64,000 nt of DNA from Micavibrio sp. (GCA_002699085.1 PAAR01000015.1:4236-68235); one strand, 5' to 3'; counted from the first letter of the stretch, positions 53,867 to 63,510 are shown. Made by a program: numbers and translations. Notes: generated by a model from the letters alone, not told the origin.

Positions 53867-54583
53867 ATGGGCGCTTCAGCAGTACGGAAACCAAAACATC
53901 AACTAAGTTGTGACCCTTTAGACGCAGGCTTTTTGGATCCCCAGAAAGCCTTCCAACGTGCTAAAAAACAATCTGAGAAATATGATAAAAAATTGCGTAA
54001 TAAAATAGGTCGTCGCATTCGCCGTGCCGACCGAGCAGCGCTACGCGATGAAGTAAATGATCGTATACGCCAAATGTCTGTCTATGAACGCATCGCTTTT
54101 CGAAATGAATTAGCAGAATATTTACAAGAAGGCTCCGCACTTATCGCGGGTCAATTGAGCAAAACATGTCTCACAAATCAGAAAAATATAAAAGACTACA
54201 AACCATATATGTCCGTCTTAGAAAACAGACTATTAAATACGTCACCCGTCATGACGTTGTGTTTTTTTCCAGAAAATTTTTCACAAGGCTCTAACCATAG
54301 CCTAGATCAAGCCTTAGACGACTTCATTGAAAAATTAAATTATTACTGCAATCAAGAAATAGTTGGTAAAAATAGCACGGTCTTTAGCACGTGTCGTATC
54401 GAAAATGGTGAATGGATATTTGAAGTATATGGAGAAGACTTCAACGAAGGTTTTATATATAGCCTTCCCTATGCTCATAGAATAACGGCACTAGATAAGA
54501 ATGGAAATTTTATTGATATGGATGATGGCCACAGCCTAACCTTAGATAAAACATGGAATCTAGGAAGACTCAAAATCGCCTAA
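53867..54583 (+). CDS. Hypothetical protein
   Basis: 238-aa ORF with GGAG SD; basic helical N-terminus; no recognised domain. Confidence 0.65.
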   Translation: MGASAVRKPKHQLSCDPLDAGFLDPQKAFQRAKKQSEKYDKKLRNKIGRRIRRADRAALRDEVNDRIRQMSVYERIAFRNELAEYLQEGSALIAGQLSKTCLTNQKNIKDYKPYMSVLENRLLNTSPVMTLCFFPENFSQGSNHSLDQALDDFIEKLNYYCNQEIVGKNSTVFSTCRIENGEWIFEVYGEDFNEGFIYSLPYAHRITALDKNGNFIDMDDGHSLTLDKTWNLGRLKIA

Positions 54584-54627
54584 AAATATTACTTTACATT
54601 GAAATAAAATTATACCATAGTCCGATC

Positions 54628-54780
54628 CATATCGCACGTGTCTCTGGCCCCATAAAGGTTATGCAACGGCGCTAACTTTAACAGACTTGGCACAGTTTAG
54701 GCCACTTTTGAGGTTACGCATGTTCATGTTTTTTATTGGATGGGGCCATAATCCCATCTATTTTGTATAAGGTTTAAGCG
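54628..54780 (+). promoter_or_regulatory. Structured 5' leader of ornithine decarboxylase gene with two uORFs (candidate attenuator / speF-type leader)
   Basis: uORF MQRR* 54661-54675; uORF MFMFFIGWGHNPIYFV* 54720-54770; alternative pairings 54645-53/54740-48 versus 54739-44/54753-58. Confidence 0.5.
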
Positions 54781-55986
54781 TTGGGTTACAACCCTTCGCG
54801 CTCAGGTTTTATTGCCGGCGTTCGCAGCAGCTCAACCCCTGAGAGCCACTATGTACCCGTTTATCCATCTAATATTAAGAGGGATGCGGCTCTTCGTGCG
54901 CTTGCACCAGAACTACCCTGCTACGTTAAATTCCCTAAAGTGGTCTATAACAAAGCATTGAGCTTTAAGCGCCATTTTGCCGGCACAACCATGTATGCCG
55001 TTAAATGCAATACAGATCCGCTTTTCTTGCGACAGATTTACCGTGCGGGCATTCGTGACTTTGATGTCGCCTCAATTAAAGAGATCGCTTTAATTCACGA
55101 CTTGTTCCCTGATGCAAAAATGCACTTCATGCACACAATCAAACCGATTGAAGCCATCCGCCGTGCGTATTTCGATTACGGTATTCGTGATTTCTCGCTA
55201 GACTACATGGAAGAGCTAGAAAAAATCCTTGAAGCAACAGATCATGCAAATGACTTGTCCTTATTCGTGCGCTTTGCACCGCCAAAGAACGGCTCCGCTT
55301 CAATCGATTTCTCTTCTAAATTTGGTTGTAGCGCAGAAGAGGCAGTGACGCTGTTACAATCCGCCAGACCTGTATCACAAAAACTTGGCTTAGCCTTCCA
55401 TGTCGGCACACAAACAACAGATATGTCGGCCTATACCAGAGCGCTTAATCTGACTCAGCAGATTATAGCAGAGGCAGGCATATCTGTTGATGCCCTTGAT
55501 ATTGGTGGTGGCTTTGCCGTTGATTACCCTGATTCAACAGCCCCTCAGATGGAAAATAGCCTACTCAACCTTAATAAACTTATTCGTGACATGGGTCTTG
55601 AGCATTTAGAGCTTTACGCTGAACCAGGACGTGTGATGGTTGCTGAAGGTGCTTTTCTCGTGGTGCGTGTTGAGCAACGCAAAGACAATTTGCTGTATAT
55701 CAATGACGGTACTTATGGCGGCCTGTTTGATGCTGGCAAAGCCTTAGGACAGCAATTTGCAGTACGCCATATTCCAGCGCAACCTGCAATTACACAACAA
55801 CATGATACAGCCTTTAAACTTGCGGGACCAACCTGCGATTCACTGGATATGATGGACGGTCCGTTTCTGTTACCAAACACAATAAAAACGGGTGACTGGA
55901 TCGAAATCAGAAACTTGGGTGCGTACAGCCAAGTGCTGCGCACCCCTTTTAACGGTTTTGATGAGCATCAAACTTTAGAGATGTAG
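54781..55986 (+). CDS. speF: Ornithine/lysine decarboxylase, fold type III PLP enzyme
   Basis: YAVKCN PLP lysine; FDVAS; SKFG; FHVG; DIGGGF; EPGR; GPTCDS; GAY; TTG start. Confidence 0.88.
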   Translation: MGYNPSRSGFIAGVRSSSTPESHYVPVYPSNIKRDAALRALAPELPCYVKFPKVVYNKALSFKRHFAGTTMYAVKCNTDPLFLRQIYRAGIRDFDVASIKEIALIHDLFPDAKMHFMHTIKPIEAIRRAYFDYGIRDFSLDYMEELEKILEATDHANDLSLFVRFAPPKNGSASIDFSSKFGCSAEEAVTLLQSARPVSQKLGLAFHVGTQTTDMSAYTRALNLTQQIIAEAGISVDALDIGGGFAVDYPDSTAPQMENSLLNLNKLIRDMGLEHLELYAEPGRVMVAEGAFLVVRVEQRKDNLLYINDGTYGGLFDAGKALGQQFAVRHIPAQPAITQQHDTAFKLAGPTCDSLDMMDGPFLLPNTIKTGDWIEIRNLGAYSQVLRTPFNGFDEHQTLEM

Positions 55987-55998
55987 TACCAATCTTTC

Positions 55999-56027
55999 TT
56001 GACGTTTACGCTAAAGTGACGTATTCA
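55999..56027 (+). promoter_or_regulatory. Sigma70-like promoter of tRNA-Gly/hemB
   Basis: TTGACG-N17-TATTCA about 28 nt before the tRNA. Confidence 0.5.
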
Positions 56028-56054
56028 AATAAGCACAAGAGCTATTCTCTTTAA

Positions 56055-56128
56055 GCGGGTGTAGCTTAATGGTAAAGCACCTGCCTTCCAAGCAGGCTAC
56101 GAGGGTTCGATTCCCTTCACCCGCTCCA
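56055..56128 (+). tRNA. tRNA-Gly(UCC)
   Basis: GCGGGTG acceptor stem; CCTGC-CT-TCC-AA-GCAGG anticodon arm; GGTTCGATTCC; encoded CCA. Confidence 0.96.
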
Positions 56129-56146
56129 TTTATTGTAAAGGTATCT

Positions 56147-57142
56147 ATGTCCCAATTCCCAACCCATCGCATGCGACGCCTAAGATCAAAACAATGGCTG
56201 CGTGATATGGTTCAAGAACATCGCCTTTCAGTGAAAGACCTTATCTATCCGCTATTTTTACAAGAAGGCACAAATACAGACACACCAATTAAAAGCTTGC
56301 CGGGTGTTTCACGCCTAACCCCAGATCTGGCGGCAAACACAGCTAAACAAGCGCAAGATATGGGCATTCCAGCACTATTATTGTTTGGTATTATTCCTGA
56401 TGAGCAAAAGGATGAGATTGGCTCCCCTGCGTTTGATCCTAATAATATTGTCTGCCAAGGGATTAAAGCGATTAAAGAGGCTGCCCCTGATATCGGTATT
56501 ATTGGCGATCTTTGTTTTTGTGAATATACCGATCACGGCCATTGTGGTCCTCTCACAGAACATGGCGATGTTGATAATGACGCAACCATTGAAAATCTGG
56601 GCAAGCAAGCCGTTAATCTGGCTCAAGCCGGTGCGGATATTATCGCCCCATCGGATATGATGGATGGCCGTGTCGCCGCTATTCGTGCTGCACTCGATGC
56701 AGCAGGTTTCCAGCATGTTCCAGTGATGTCTTATGCGGCGAAATTTGCCTCTAGCTTTTATGGCCCGTTTCGTGAAGCGGCCGGTTGTGCGTTGGGTGCG
56801 TATCCGCACGCACTAAAAGATCGTAAAACATACCAGATGAACCCGACCAATACACAAGAAGCTTTACGTGAAGTTGAGGCGGATATTGCCGAGGGTGCAG
56901 ATATGTTGATCGTCAAACCTGGCTTGCCTTATCTCGATATCGTCTATCAAGTGAAACAAAATTATGGCCTACCGACCTTTGCCTATCATGTCTCTGGTGA
57001 ATACGCGATGCTCAAGGCAGCAGCAGCCAATGGCTGGATTGATGAAAGCTTGACGATGATGGAAACCATGCTCTCATTCAAACGGGCAGGCTGTGACGGC
57101 ATCATCACCTATGCCGCCATGGATCTTGCGCAGAAACTTTAA
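56147..57142 (+). CDS. hemB: Porphobilinogen synthase (Cys-rich, Zn-binding type)
   Basis: RMRRLR; DLCFCEYTDHGHCG; APSDMMDGRV; FYGPFREA; VKPG; AYHVSGEY; true start ATG 56147, downstream of the tRNA. Confidence 0.96.
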   Translation: MSQFPTHRMRRLRSKQWLRDMVQEHRLSVKDLIYPLFLQEGTNTDTPIKSLPGVSRLTPDLAANTAKQAQDMGIPALLLFGIIPDEQKDEIGSPAFDPNNIVCQGIKAIKEAAPDIGIIGDLCFCEYTDHGHCGPLTEHGDVDNDATIENLGKQAVNLAQAGADIIAPSDMMDGRVAAIRAALDAAGFQHVPVMSYAAKFASSFYGPFREAAGCALGAYPHALKDRKTYQMNPTNTQEALREVEADIAEGADMLIVKPGLPYLDIVYQVKQNYGLPTFAYHVSGEYAMLKAAAANGWIDESLTMMETMLSFKRAGCDGIITYAAMDLAQKL

Positions 57143-57246
57143 AGTCTCAACTTTAATCAAATTGTATCTAGTTCTAAGCAAGTTTTAATCTTTGGTCTTT
57201 AGACTTAAAGATGGGAACACATATTTAGACATAGGGGCAATTACGC

Positions 57247-58146
57247 ATGCTTAAGCTGATAAATCACGATTCAGAGCAATATTTCATTGACCATTTAAAA
57301 GCACTGCAGAGTGAAAAAGACAAAGATTGGATGCGCCTGAGTATTAATTTCAAACGTGATGATCTATTCCGCCAAATGACAGGCTCGCCCTTAACGGCCA
57401 AAAGACGCATTACACAGATCAATGAAACACATCTAGCGATCTGGTCAGCATTACAACAAAAACTCCATGAGCATCCACATGCGTCGCTTTATCTATTTGG
57501 CGATAAAGACATCATGTTGCTTATCCAAATGAATATGGATGATCCATGCTATGAGTGGTTACAAAACTATATTGGCCATTTACACACAGAGCATGAAGAT
57601 ATTCTTCAGACACGCCTTATGCCACTTAATACAGCAGATGTAGAAACTATAGAAGATCTAAGCACATATAATTTATCTCTCAAAGAATGGCAGATGTTTG
57701 AAACACTGAGTGACACATTAAAACGCCGCACAATCAGCAGACTCCGTGACTTACGTGAGAAGCCTGTCGTATTAGTCGTTGAAGACGATCAATATGTTGC
57801 TTATCAAATTGAGAGCTTCTTAAAGGACATTGCGGGTGTTATTTTCGTTAAAACCGCCGAAGAAGCTGTCAAAACCTATATTGATATGGCTCCAGAATGT
57901 GTGTTACTTGATATTCATTTACCAGGGCGCAATGGATTTGATGCGCTTCATTGTATCAAAAAAATTGATAATGATGCCAATGTGGTCGTCTTAACAGGCG
58001 ATAAAGTAGGCCGTCACGTAGAGCGTGCTCACGATATGGGGGCGATGAGTTTCATGGAAAAACCATTGGCACGTGATTATTTAGTTTCCGTGGTTCAAAG
58101 CATGCCGCTTTACCGGAAGACTCATGCCTCACATAAACGGGGCTAA
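57247..58146 (+). CDS. Response regulator with C-terminal receiver and uncharacterised N-terminal domain
   Basis: VLVVEDD; LLDIHLPGRNG; VLTG; MEKP in the last about 125 aa. Confidence 0.82.
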   Translation: MLKLINHDSEQYFIDHLKALQSEKDKDWMRLSINFKRDDLFRQMTGSPLTAKRRITQINETHLAIWSALQQKLHEHPHASLYLFGDKDIMLLIQMNMDDPCYEWLQNYIGHLHTEHEDILQTRLMPLNTADVETIEDLSTYNLSLKEWQMFETLSDTLKRRTISRLRDLREKPVVLVVEDDQYVAYQIESFLKDIAGVIFVKTAEEAVKTYIDMAPECVLLDIHLPGRNGFDALHCIKKIDNDANVVVLTGDKVGRHVERAHDMGAMSFMEKPLARDYLVSVVQSMPLYRKTHASHKRG

Positions 58147-59880
58147 GAGCGAACGCTGTTTAGACGATCTCTGCTCTGTTTCGCCTAAGACAGATATTCT
58201 TTGAAGAGATTCGAGATCGCCTTTGTATATACCTTTCACAACAAGCACTGCTAAAGTATTTTTGAGCATAGAAAACTTCATATCTCTTTCTGCACCATAT
58301 GGACATGAACGCCACATTTTACCAAAGTCCTCACTACATGTAGGTATTTCTTGCTTTTGTAAAGCCGTAGAAGAATTAAAATGTCTATATGCTTCGGTCA
58401 GCAGCTCCATTAAGCTATTACTATTATCAACGACCTCTGCGCTAATGTCTGTACCTTTACGATCTAAAACCTCTTTCACATCACACACAAAAATATCCGA
58501 TTGGCCAACATTACATAGCGTTGTATAAATGCCGCTTGACGTTACATATAGAACTTGGGCAGATGAAGAGCCGTCCAGAATGTCTTTTTGATCTAAATTC
58601 TTAGTGAAAAGCCCCAAATCAGCTCTAAGTTTTTGGGCAATAGTCATACCTTGTTTGTCAGCTATAAAAGGTAGTGCTGCATATGAAAACTCAATAAATC
58701 TTTTTGCAAATGAACGTGTTGTTTTTCCCATTGGCATTAAACGTTCCGAGAGCCATAACATACTTCTTGCAGGGTCTTGAGAGTTTCTTATAACACCGAC
58801 CAATAGTTTCGGCATAATTGCCTCTATATTACGGTCTAAACCCAACACAAAATTTCTTTGCATCAATAACTTATCTAGCCATGCAATTTGGGCATCTGCA
58901 TCTGGTAATGTACCAATATAGCTCAACAAAGAATCTATAAAAACTGAAGCATGTTGATCAATTACTTGCCCCATTACTTTTGATTCCAATATAGCACTAA
59001 AAGCACCATCACGTTTTTCATCGCTCTCAATAGAAAGTATTGTATCAAAAGTAATAGCCAGCAATTTCTCTAAATCAGATTTCTGATATCCATAAGTTTC
59101 GTTATTAACTTTTCTCGATAACGCTAATTTTTTTACAAGCCACAGACTCATAAAATCTTTCATAAACGCTTGGTCGTGATTATAGGTGTTGGAATAGACA
59201 TGCGTAAGCAGCTTATTTAGGACAATAATACCCATTCCAGACTTATAGATAGTTTTAGATACGCCGTAATTAGACCATAACATATTGCTATAGTATTTAC
59301 TGGCTGTTTCTGGTTTAAGGCCTGATAAAAAACCGATATACGCAGGAACAATATCAACCACATTATTACTTGTATCATTTTTATCTACTAAGCGCTGAAA
59401 CGCCTTAACACCATGCATTTTATCAAATAGTGCTTCCCGATCATCTTTTTCCGGAAACAATATGGGTGCTCGTTCAAAAAGCTGAATAAGAAAATCATTA
59501 CTGACGTCTTTGCTATTTAAATAATAGCCTGCCTTACCCTTTAGTAATAAATCAAAGCCCTCTAAACGCTTCTCTTGCGGTAAAAGTGCTAGATAATTCA
59601 ATAACAATTCTGACATTTTAACTGGGTTAAAATGTTTTATAAGAAATTTAAATGACTTAGCTTTCAATATATTTTTGAATGCACGCAGAGGCGTCTGTGC
59701 AGTTAAAGCCTCTGGCAGAACATGATCGACTAAACTATTGAGATAATTCAGTCCATTTACAAACTCAAAAAACCTTTTTACTGCCTTCGTATGCTTGAAA
59801 GTTCCCGCCAATATTGATTGTGCAATGCTATCAAGAAAAATATTTGGATCAGTAGCATTGTTAAACTTAAATTTTACCAT
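58129..59880 (-). CDS. Hypothetical alpha-helical protein
   Basis: Long ORF (583 aa from ATG 59880); Leu/Phe-rich helical character; no recognised domain. Confidence 0.7.
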   Translation of the reverse strand: MVKFKFNNATDPNIFLDSIAQSILAGTFKHTKAVKRFFEFVNGLNYLNSLVDHVLPEALTAQTPLRAFKNILKAKSFKFLIKHFNPVKMSELLLNYLALLPQEKRLEGFDLLLKGKAGYYLNSKDVSNDFLIQLFERAPILFPEKDDREALFDKMHGVKAFQRLVDKNDTSNNVVDIVPAYIGFLSGLKPETASKYYSNMLWSNYGVSKTIYKSGMGIIVLNKLLTHVYSNTYNHDQAFMKDFMSLWLVKKLALSRKVNNETYGYQKSDLEKLLAITFDTILSIESDEKRDGAFSAILESKVMGQVIDQHASVFIDSLLSYIGTLPDADAQIAWLDKLLMQRNFVLGLDRNIEAIMPKLLVGVIRNSQDPARSMLWLSERLMPMGKTTRSFAKRFIEFSYAALPFIADKQGMTIAQKLRADLGLFTKNLDQKDILDGSSSAQVLYVTSSGIYTTLCNVGQSDIFVCDVKEVLDRKGTDISAEVVDNSNSLMELLTEAYRHFNSSTALQKQEIPTCSEDFGKMWRSCPYGAERDMKFSMLKNTLAVLVVKGIYKGDLESLQRISVLGETEQRSSKQRSLLAPFM

Positions 59881-59948
59881 AAAAATCGCCTTCAAAAGGG
59901 GGCTTTTTACAGTCGAACTCAAGTTATGTCAATGAAAAAACACTGATA

Positions 59949-60329
59949 TTATATAATAAAACGAGCAACGAGATAAAAACTAGCGAACAAAATCACGGCA
60001 AAAGTTAAAAGCATTGCCGTAGCACGCACTGGAATGCGGTTATCGGGGTCGGATAAAGCATAGACATGCAATAAGCGCCCAAGAACCGTTGTCACACCTA
60101 ATATATGTAGCAATATTGGCGACACGGCCAACATCTCCATAAATCCAAGTAAAACAAGAATAAACGGTATATATTCAGCAAAATTACCGTGCATACGGAT
60201 ACGCTTAATTAAATCAGCGTCCTTACCTTCACCCAAGCTGACTTTTGCTTGGTTCCGTCTGATAATCACAGAGACTGAAAGAGCCACAAATATGAGCCCT
60301 AACAGTCCTGCATAAAAACCCGTAATCAT
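59949..60329 (-). CDS. MAPEG family membrane protein
   Basis: RIRMHGNFAEYIP; GRLLH; TM helices. Confidence 0.88.
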   Translation of the reverse strand: MITGFYAGLLGLIFVALSVSVIIRRNQAKVSLGEGKDADLIKRIRMHGNFAEYIPFILVLLGFMEMLAVSPILLHILGVTTVLGRLLHVYALSDPDNRIPVRATAMLLTFAVILFASFYLVARFII

Positions 60330-60334
60330 CTGCT

Positions 60335-60466
60335 TTACTTCCTAGTAGCGTCTTCTAATGCTGCGCCTGCATTGTGAATATCGGTACCTGCACCTTTAAT
60401 TGTGTTACATGCAGAAAGTGCCAATACGGCTACTAACGCTAACATAGGTAATTTAAAGTATTTCAT
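60335..60466 (-). CDS. Entericidin EcnA/B family lipoprotein (not in ORF track)
   Basis: MKYFKLPMLALVAVLALSACNTIKGAGTDIHNAGAALEDATRK; lipobox LSAC followed by NTxxGxGxDI; GAGG SD. Confidence 0.88.
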   Translation of the reverse strand: MKYFKLPMLALVAVLALSACNTIKGAGTDIHNAGAALEDATRK

Positions 60467-60479
60467 AAACCCTCATCTT

Positions 60480-60884
60480 TTATCTTAATGTAATTGTACC
60501 ATCTTCAGAAACAGCAATTGTTGCAATTGCTTTATATTCTTCTTCACTCAAACTACCATCTTTATTAGCATCAAGAAATGTAAAAATATTCCAATCCATG
60601 CCATCCACTGACGTAAATTCTTCTTTGCTCAAGCTTTTACTTTTATCTTTATCCAAAGTATAAAAATTTGGCGCCGTAGATTCAATCTCTTCTACTGTTA
60701 CAACATTCTCGGTCTTATATGTTGTTTCTTCAATTACTTTAAGCTCTACTGGCTCACCCCGTACATCATATTTTTGACTGTAATAAGGATCACTGCCGCT
60801 GTAATCTTGTGCATTCGCAGCGAATGTTACACTTGTTAAAGCAAAGGCAGCGCAAAGTGCCGTATTTAAAATATATTTTTTCAT
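60480..60884 (-). CDS. Secreted EF-hand protein
   Basis: Signal peptide (ANA-Q); two EF-hand loops DKDKSKSLSKEE and DANKDGSLSEEE. Confidence 0.75.
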   Translation of the reverse strand: MKKYILNTALCAAFALTSVTFAANAQDYSGSDPYYSQKYDVRGEPVELKVIEETTYKTENVVTVEEIESTAPNFYTLDKDKSKSLSKEEFTSVDGMDWNIFTFLDANKDGSLSEEEYKAIATIAVSEDGTITLR

Positions 60885-60952
60885 GATCTTATCCTTCTTC
60901 TTTATTGTTACTGTAAATAGAACGTTTATTAGTATAGGCAAGTTCCCTTTTA

Positions 60953-61657
60953 TTATTTTTTAGCAGCGCTTATAAATCCTTTTAGAACATTAAGATGGGA
61001 TGAGCCTTCTTTTAAAAAATACTCTGGATGCCAAAGCAGGCCCATCACAAACGTCTTTTCTGGCATTTCAACAGCCTCAATCACCCGATCATGGGCACGA
61101 GCAGAAATATATTTCTCATCGACACCAACAACATGTTCAGCATGGATAGAATTAACCATCATCTCTGTTGATGCTGTAAGCTTATGCAGAAGCGTATTTT
61201 CTTTGATAAATATTGGGTGTACAAGCTTGTCACCACTCTCACAGCGATGACGGGACTTAAAAATGCCTAACGTTTTGGGCAAACGTTGTAACTTACCGCC
61301 TAACATACAGCCTAAAATTTGCATCCCTAAACATAAACCCAATACGGGCATGTCAATTATCAAGGCTTGTTTGAGTAATTCAATTTCGTAGGCAGCCCGT
61401 TTAGAAGGTTTATAGGTAGGCTTTTGCCCAGGCATATACCATTCTGGGCCATAGGATATATCACCACCTGGGAATACAAGCCCATCAACTGTTTCTAAGA
61501 CTTGTGGAATTGCCTCTAACTCATAGGGCAAAATAATCGCTAAGCCGCCAGCACGCTCAACCGCATGTACCACATTATCCAATAATCGATAGGCCTTTTG
61601 GCGCGGGCATTGGCGATCATTATGATTGGACACAATTCCTATTAATGGCTTAGTCAT
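60953..61657 (-). CDS. Gamma-glutamyl-gamma-aminobutyrate hydrolase family (peptidase C26)
   Basis: FPGGDI; GLCLGMQ; VNSIH; WHPE. Confidence 0.85.
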   Translation of the reverse strand: MTKPLIGIVSNHNDRQCPRQKAYRLLDNVVHAVERAGGLAIILPYELEAIPQVLETVDGLVFPGGDISYGPEWYMPGQKPTYKPSKRAAYEIELLKQALIIDMPVLGLCLGMQILGCMLGGKLQRLPKTLGIFKSRHRCESGDKLVHPIFIKENTLLHKLTASTEMMVNSIHAEHVVGVDEKYISARAHDRVIEAVEMPEKTFVMGLLWHPEYFLKEGSSHLNVLKGFISAAKK

Positions 61658-61701
61658 AACAATTAGAATACAAGCGCAGGCAGGGGATTGTCTAGTAGTG
61701 A

Positions 61702-62034
61702 TTAAACTGGCTTATGCTCTTTTACTAATTTGTTTAAAGTCTCTCTAAAGGGCTTTAGCTGCTCTCTAGCCTCATATCCCAAAAATGCTACGGTCCAGAA
61801 ACTATAATGATCCCATAATAAATTGACATCTGCTCGAACGTTGGTACTAAAGTGCTCAATAAGAGTAGGCGCTAATCCATGGCGATTTGCATGAATCTCC
61901 TCTAATGCACGGTCAAAACACTCCATAGCTTTTTCTACTCTTTCACCCGCATCCTTAACTGCATAAGCGGTAGGATAATCTTCCGGCGCCATTTCAATAT
62001 CACCTATATGCGTCATCCAAATATCAATACCCAT
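61702..62034 (-). CDS. Hypothetical protein
   Basis: 110-aa ORF with AAGGAG SD and TTGACA upstream. Confidence 0.65.
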   Translation of the reverse strand: MGIDIWMTHIGDIEMAPEDYPTAYAVKDAGERVEKAMECFDRALEEIHANRHGLAPTLIEHFSTNVRADVNLLWDHYSFWTVAFLGYEAREQLKPFRETLNKLVKEHKPV

Positions 62035-62105
62035 AACGTCTCCTTTAAAAACTATTATATCTTTTTAGAGAAATTAGATGATATGTCAACTACTTTTATG
62101 GTAAA

Positions 62106-62137
62106 AAAAGCCGTACCAGATAGATGATACGGCTTTT
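62106..62137 (-). terminator. Intrinsic terminator after pfpI
   Basis: AAAAGCCGTA...TACGGCTTTT hairpin with A/T tracts. Confidence 0.7.
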
Positions 62138-62158
62138 GATATTGTTGCAGATAAGATA

Positions 62159-62719
62159 TTAAGCGGCTTGTCTTTTATGCTTACCTTCATCGAGCTCTTC
62201 GATGGTTTTATCACAAAATGCCTTTAAATCAGCTGGCTTGCGGCTCGTTGTAAGACCATTATCAACAACCACTTCTTCATCAACCCATAGACCACCAGCA
62301 TTCCGCACATCTGTCTTCAAGCTTGGCCATGAAGTTACTTCACGTCCTTGCAAAACATCTGCTTCGACAAGCATCCATATACCGTGACAAATCGCAGAGA
62401 CGGGCTTTTTCTGTTCAAAGAAATCACGAACAAAATTTACAGCCTGTTCATTCATTCTCAATGTATCTGGATTATGAACGCCACCTGGCAGCACAAGTCC
62501 ATCATAATCAGCAGCTTGCACGTCATCAATTACATTATCTACGTCAAATTTATCTGCTTTTTGAAAATGGTTGAAACCTTGTATTTTGCCAGATTCTAAT
62601 GAGATTAATTCTACTTCTGCGCCAGCATTTTTAATTTCGTCCCATGGTGTTGTTAATTCTACTTGCTCAAAACCATCTGTAGCTAAAAAAGCAATTTTTT
62701 TTCCTTTAAGTGTCTGCAT
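62159..62719 (-). CDS. pfpI: PfpI/DJ-1 family type 1 glutamine amidotransferase-like protein
   Basis: DGFEQVEL; LPGG; AICHG; TSRKPADL; start ATG 62719 with AAGGAG. Confidence 0.88.
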   Translation of the reverse strand: MQTLKGKKIAFLATDGFEQVELTTPWDEIKNAGAEVELISLESGKIQGFNHFQKADKFDVDNVIDDVQAADYDGLVLPGGVHNPDTLRMNEQAVNFVRDFFEQKKPVSAICHGIWMLVEADVLQGREVTSWPSLKTDVRNAGGLWVDEEVVVDNGLTTSRKPADLKAFCDKTIEELDEGKHKRQAA

Positions 62720-62817
62720 AACAGTACTCCTTTCAAAAGTGCTATTCGTATTTTCTATGCCCCACAAACGCTTAGAAAGGGGGATCGTTCCGAAAAACAC
62801 TGAAATTGCTGAAATAA

Positions 62818-63471
62818 TTAATCTTTGTTGGGACGTTTTAAGCCAATTTTATAAATAACAGTCAGTGCTGTAATCTGACCGAGCACGACCAAACAATAAA
62901 AATAATTCGCATAGGGAAGCACAAAAGAAAAAGATAAAAACACTACCGAAAAAGAGAGCATGTAATAAGGCTTGAATGACCCAAAACCCCTCTGTAATTT
63001 AAGCGGCTTTTGATCAATAAAGCTTAATGGCAACCAAAAAAACAGCCCTAAAACAACCACCTTGAAAAAGGCATTAATGACCTCATAAAGAACATCAGGC
63101 ATAAAACCATCAACTAATATGTGATCCGCCATCCTTAAAAGAATTAAATTTACTGTAAGGTTTAATAATAAACCAAGCAATAAACTTACCAAATAAAGAC
63201 CGATAAAAATCATACACCCGTAAAGATCAGGCCACTCCATTGGAAGCATCTGTTTGTTTAAGCATGATTTTACAAGCAAAATAGCCGGAAAAAGAAACAA
63301 GAAACCATCAACAAAAACACTTAAAATAAGCCTCTCGAAAAAACCTTCCTCTAATAATAAATGTGCAGTCTGAAAAATAAAAAAATAATAAATAAAATAA
63401 TAAACCAAAACAGTTAAAAGAACCCTTTTACGTTGTTTTACTAAAAGCATTACATTTTCGAAGAAAGACAT
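62818..63471 (-). CDS. Hypothetical polytopic membrane protein
   Basis: About six hydrophobic helices; very AT-rich codons. Confidence 0.65.
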   Translation of the reverse strand: MSFFENVMLLVKQRKRVLLTVLVYYFIYYFFIFQTAHLLLEEGFFERLILSVFVDGFLFLFPAILLVKSCLNKQMLPMEWPDLYGCMIFIGLYLVSLLLGLLLNLTVNLILLRMADHILVDGFMPDVLYEVINAFFKVVVLGLFFWLPLSFIDQKPLKLQRGFGSFKPYYMLSFSVVFLSFSFVLPYANYFYCLVVLGQITALTVIYKIGLKRPNKD

Positions 63472-63510
63472 ACTGCATAGAATAAAGGGATTATTTAACC
63501 TAGATCAAGC

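Noticed and set aside
56069-56146. N-terminal extension of the hemB ORF in the ORF track
   Set aside because: It runs through tRNA-Gly; the real start is ATG 56147
54781-61657. Ornithine decarboxylase plus PuuD-like hydrolase as a polyamine cluster
   Set aside because: About 5 kb apart, on opposite strands, separated by unrelated genes
63371-63403. AAATAA-like low-complexity run
   Set aside because: It encodes a Tyr/Phe/Ile-rich TM helix on the minus strand; not a separate repeat element
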